Below, in pieces: positions 61,032 through 64,000 of a stretch of DNA of 64,000 nt. A program made the translations under genes and the position numbers. The notes beneath the pieces are model-generated. The model did no database searches, was not told where the DNA came from, and saw only the letters and a list, made by a program, of their open reading frames with translations. Position 1 is the stretch's first letter. Each line of letters opens with the position of its first letter. The stretch is from Rhizodiscina lignyota (lineage: Eukaryota). Location: contig ML978121.1 in NCBI GenBank assembly GCA_010015805.1, positions 1,178,001 to 1,242,000 on the forward strand. The letters run 5' to 3'.

Positions 61032-61787
61032 GATGTCCGCAGGCTGATGTGATTCTGAAGAGATACTGGACTTTGGACGGAAGAGTCCAAGTTTGGTAGC
61101 AAATGAAGGAATACCAAAAATCTGGATCTTCGATATAATATGCTTCTTTCCGCGTTATGGCGGTGTTATGCAGAAGAATGCAAACTTGAGGTTGATGCAG
61201 TCTTTGAGAAATGCTCCGCTTCCCAATTTCAATGGTAGTATCAACGTTCAATACAGCCAACCAATGATGACACAATACAATCTAGTCGTCAGATTGCCGA
61301 GTTTTCTTTTGTTGGAACCCTTCAGGCTGATGAGGCTCAATGGAATAGAGTTGTGGCTGTCTGAGCCACGCGAAAAAAAAGGACTAAAGACCTAAAAAAA
61401 AATTACAGTGATACAGGGACCGCGCTCTACAAAGTAGAGACTCTCAAGGCGGTGGTTTGTAACGTTTGGTCAAGAAAGAACATGATAGGCACCAACCTTC
61501 AAATACAAACGTCCATCTTGAAATGGCCAATTGATGAATTCAAGATGGACGAATGTGATGTGGGCTGGACTTCAATGTCCAATCTGTAACTCCCTAATCC
61601 ATATCGAGTTTTAGTGGCGACATTGTAGTGGGGCCATTTTCCTACTCTTGAGGCGGAAACCTTTGCGCCGATGTCGCGGCATTTCTCCTCCGGCATTCAA
61701 CCCGCAATATCATCCGGGTGTGTATGAAGACAACTCTCACGATGCCTTCAAACAGTTCTCCACATCCTGCCCGACCCAATTGCCAAT

Positions 61788-62943
61788 ATGACGACAAACG
61801 GTTCAAACGGCCACCGTAACCCAGTCCCACCCAGCGGCATCTGGTGAGTGCACCTCCACCTGAACCCACGAGACTGGCTGGAATGAATTCGATTCTTACA
61901 TCTACCCAGGGTGCCAGCTGCGACATTATTCGATCCACAGACCGATGAGCTCGTGCTCGATGCTCAAGCAAAATACTACTCCCATCTGTCGAAGACTGTA
62001 TGTCCATAGCATCAAATCTCCTCACCTCTCGCGGGCTCGTTTATGTCCATCTCGATGACCTTCTACTTTGCAATACAAGAACATATCCTAACAGCATTGT
62101 CAGGGCCTCGTAGGACTCGTTATCCTCGGTACCAACGCCGAAGCCTTCCTGCTCACGCAATCCGAGCGCAAAGCCCTCATCTCGGCCGCTCGCAAAGCAT
62201 GCGGTCCCACCTACCCCATCATGGCTGGCTGCGGCGGGCACAGCACAAAGCAGACCCTCGAGCTGCTCTCCGACGCGGCGGAAGCAGGCGCCGACTACGC
62301 ACTGGTTCTGCCGCCTGCGTACTTTGGCAAGCAGACCACAACGCAGGTCGTTGAGCGCTTCTTCGACGAGGTGGCGAACCGCAGCCCACTACCGATTGTG
62401 ATATATAACTTCCCGGGCGTATGCAATGGCGTGGATCTAGATTCAGATCAGATTGCCAGACTGGCGAAGAAACATCCGGGCAAGATTGTCGGCGTGAAGC
62501 TGACATGTGGCGTAGTGGCGAAGATCACAAGGCTGTCGGCAGAGCTGCCCGCAGACACCTTCGCTACGTATGGCGGACAGTCTGACTTCCTGGTCGGCGG
62601 GCTGGCAAGTGGTTCTGCGGGGTGTATCTGCGCGTTTGGGAATGCGTTCCCCAGAACAGTGGTTAAGATTTATGATCTGTGGAAGGCTGGGAAGCACGAT
62701 GAGGCGCTGAAGCTGCACCACATTGCTGCTTTGGCGGAGAGGGGGACTAAGGGTGGAATCGCGACTGTGAAGTATGCTGCAAGCCTTTACAGCGCAGGGA
62801 CAGGGAAGGGACAGGCCGGGATTGAGGGAGTTGAGAAGTTGTTACTACCAAGGCATCCGTACACTGAGCTTGGGGATGAGGCTAAGAAGACGCTAAGGAG
62901 CATTATGGATCCGTGCTGGGAGGTTGAGAAGAGTCTGATGTGA
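61788..62943 (+). CDS. Dihydrodipicolinate synthase-family (class I) aldolase
   Basis: PPSGIWVPA, LGTNAEAFLL, VLPPAYF, IYNFPGVCNG and IVGVKLTCG (Schiff-base Lys). Introns near 61844 and 61998. Confidence 0.9.
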
Positions 62944-64000
62944 GAGGAGAAGAAAGGGAAGCAAAATAGCGTTTTATGAATATTCCCATGATTGGGTATC
63001 AGACGCTCATTAGAGCGGGTTGAAGACATAATTTGTGGCCAACACCGGGTCAGCACTCTTTATCAAGAGCAATGCATTTCCAGTAGAGTTATGGTGCGAC
63101 TGCTCCACTACTGGAATCTCATCACAATAGCATAGTAGATGTGATTTTCAAGAATCGAATCTCATTGAATGCTATCCACTAAGCTTATGCAAAAGGCGCA
63201 TGAAACCACCTTTGTGCGATCGTTCAGAAGATCCGACCACGCTCACGAGCTGCTACACCGCTCCTTACTCCCCAGCAAAAGTGACTATTTTTTTCTATAT
63301 TGTTTTTTCTTTTTGGATTTCCATTTTCTTTTTGCTTTTCACAATCCTATTCCCTCCTTGCGATACGCCGGTGGCGTTCGCAGCCCACTTTACTCCGTAA
63401 ATCCGCCTTGTCCTACAGGAGATCCGAGAGGTGTCGAAGGAACCCTGATTGGAACAAGTCGTACGTGTATACCGAAGTGAACAAAGAAGGGATCTAGTGA
63501 ATGCAGCCTTGCCAGCGCCTTGCCGATGCAGAGGGTATCATTCCACGTACGATCCTAATCCATGCCAACGCCGTGTACGTTCGAAAGCCGATAGGTGAGA
63601 CACGATAAGTGTCATGTGCACAAATGCAGTGCATTGGGTGATGAGAGGCGTACATTGTCGATCGTGTTCCTCAACAAATTGAATGGAGAACTCAATTTGG
63701 TTCCGTTCAGAAGACACAAGAATTAAAGGAAATGAAAGAGGTCAAGCAATTGGGGTATGTGAAAATCGGCAGGGTGGCAGATAGCACATGGGAAGCAAAG
63801 CAAATTAAGCCAGCTACTCGCCGGCGGGGGAAGATGGGAAAGAGGGCTATTACGGGGGTTCTGTGGTTAGTATTTTTCCAGCCCTGATAAGCTCTTGCAA
63901 TTGAAGAGCGTATCAAAGCATGTAGGTGGGGTTGTGCGTTCTGACTTGCACGGCGTGCCGACGAAGACTCGCTGCTTACAGATTCAGGATCTTTGTCGGG

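Noticed and set aside
63700..64000. Possible 3' end of a gene entering from the right edge (- strand)
   Set aside because: Too little sequence and no motif to support a call.

Overview
Gene-dense window from a filamentous ascomycete (Pezizomycotina) nuclear genome, with short GT-AG introns carrying CTRAC/CTAAY branch points. Core genes: class I/II aminotransferase (5'-truncated), FWD-1/beta-TrCP-like F-box/WD40 protein, CDC24, NRAMP transporter, C2H2 transcription factor, flavin reductase-like protein, MDR/enoyl reductase, RAV2, RPS27, GDSL acetylesterase, dienelactone hydrolase, GTR2, APP1-like phosphatase, a second F-box protein, GST, ADE8 and a DHDPS-family aldolase. Accessory content: a HET-domain gene with ankyrin repeats inserted inside the HET domain, and a ~38-51 kb island. 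The island holds (i) a large secreted, Kex2-site-bearing protein with a CNF1/CheD-like Cys-His motif and a KP4/Hce2-like module, (ii) two divergent, RIP-damaged copies plus fragments of a PIP-box/GIY-YIG nuclease gene family, and (iii) a tRNA-Arg(TCG) gene between them. The most striking observation is in that tRNA gene. Besides a normal 10-nt anticodon-loop intron, it carries a 51-nt D-loop insert that looks like a spliceosomal GC-AG intron (GCGAGT...GCTAAT...TAG), and its precise removal restores a canonical cloverleaf. All calls are by eye; no database searches were run.
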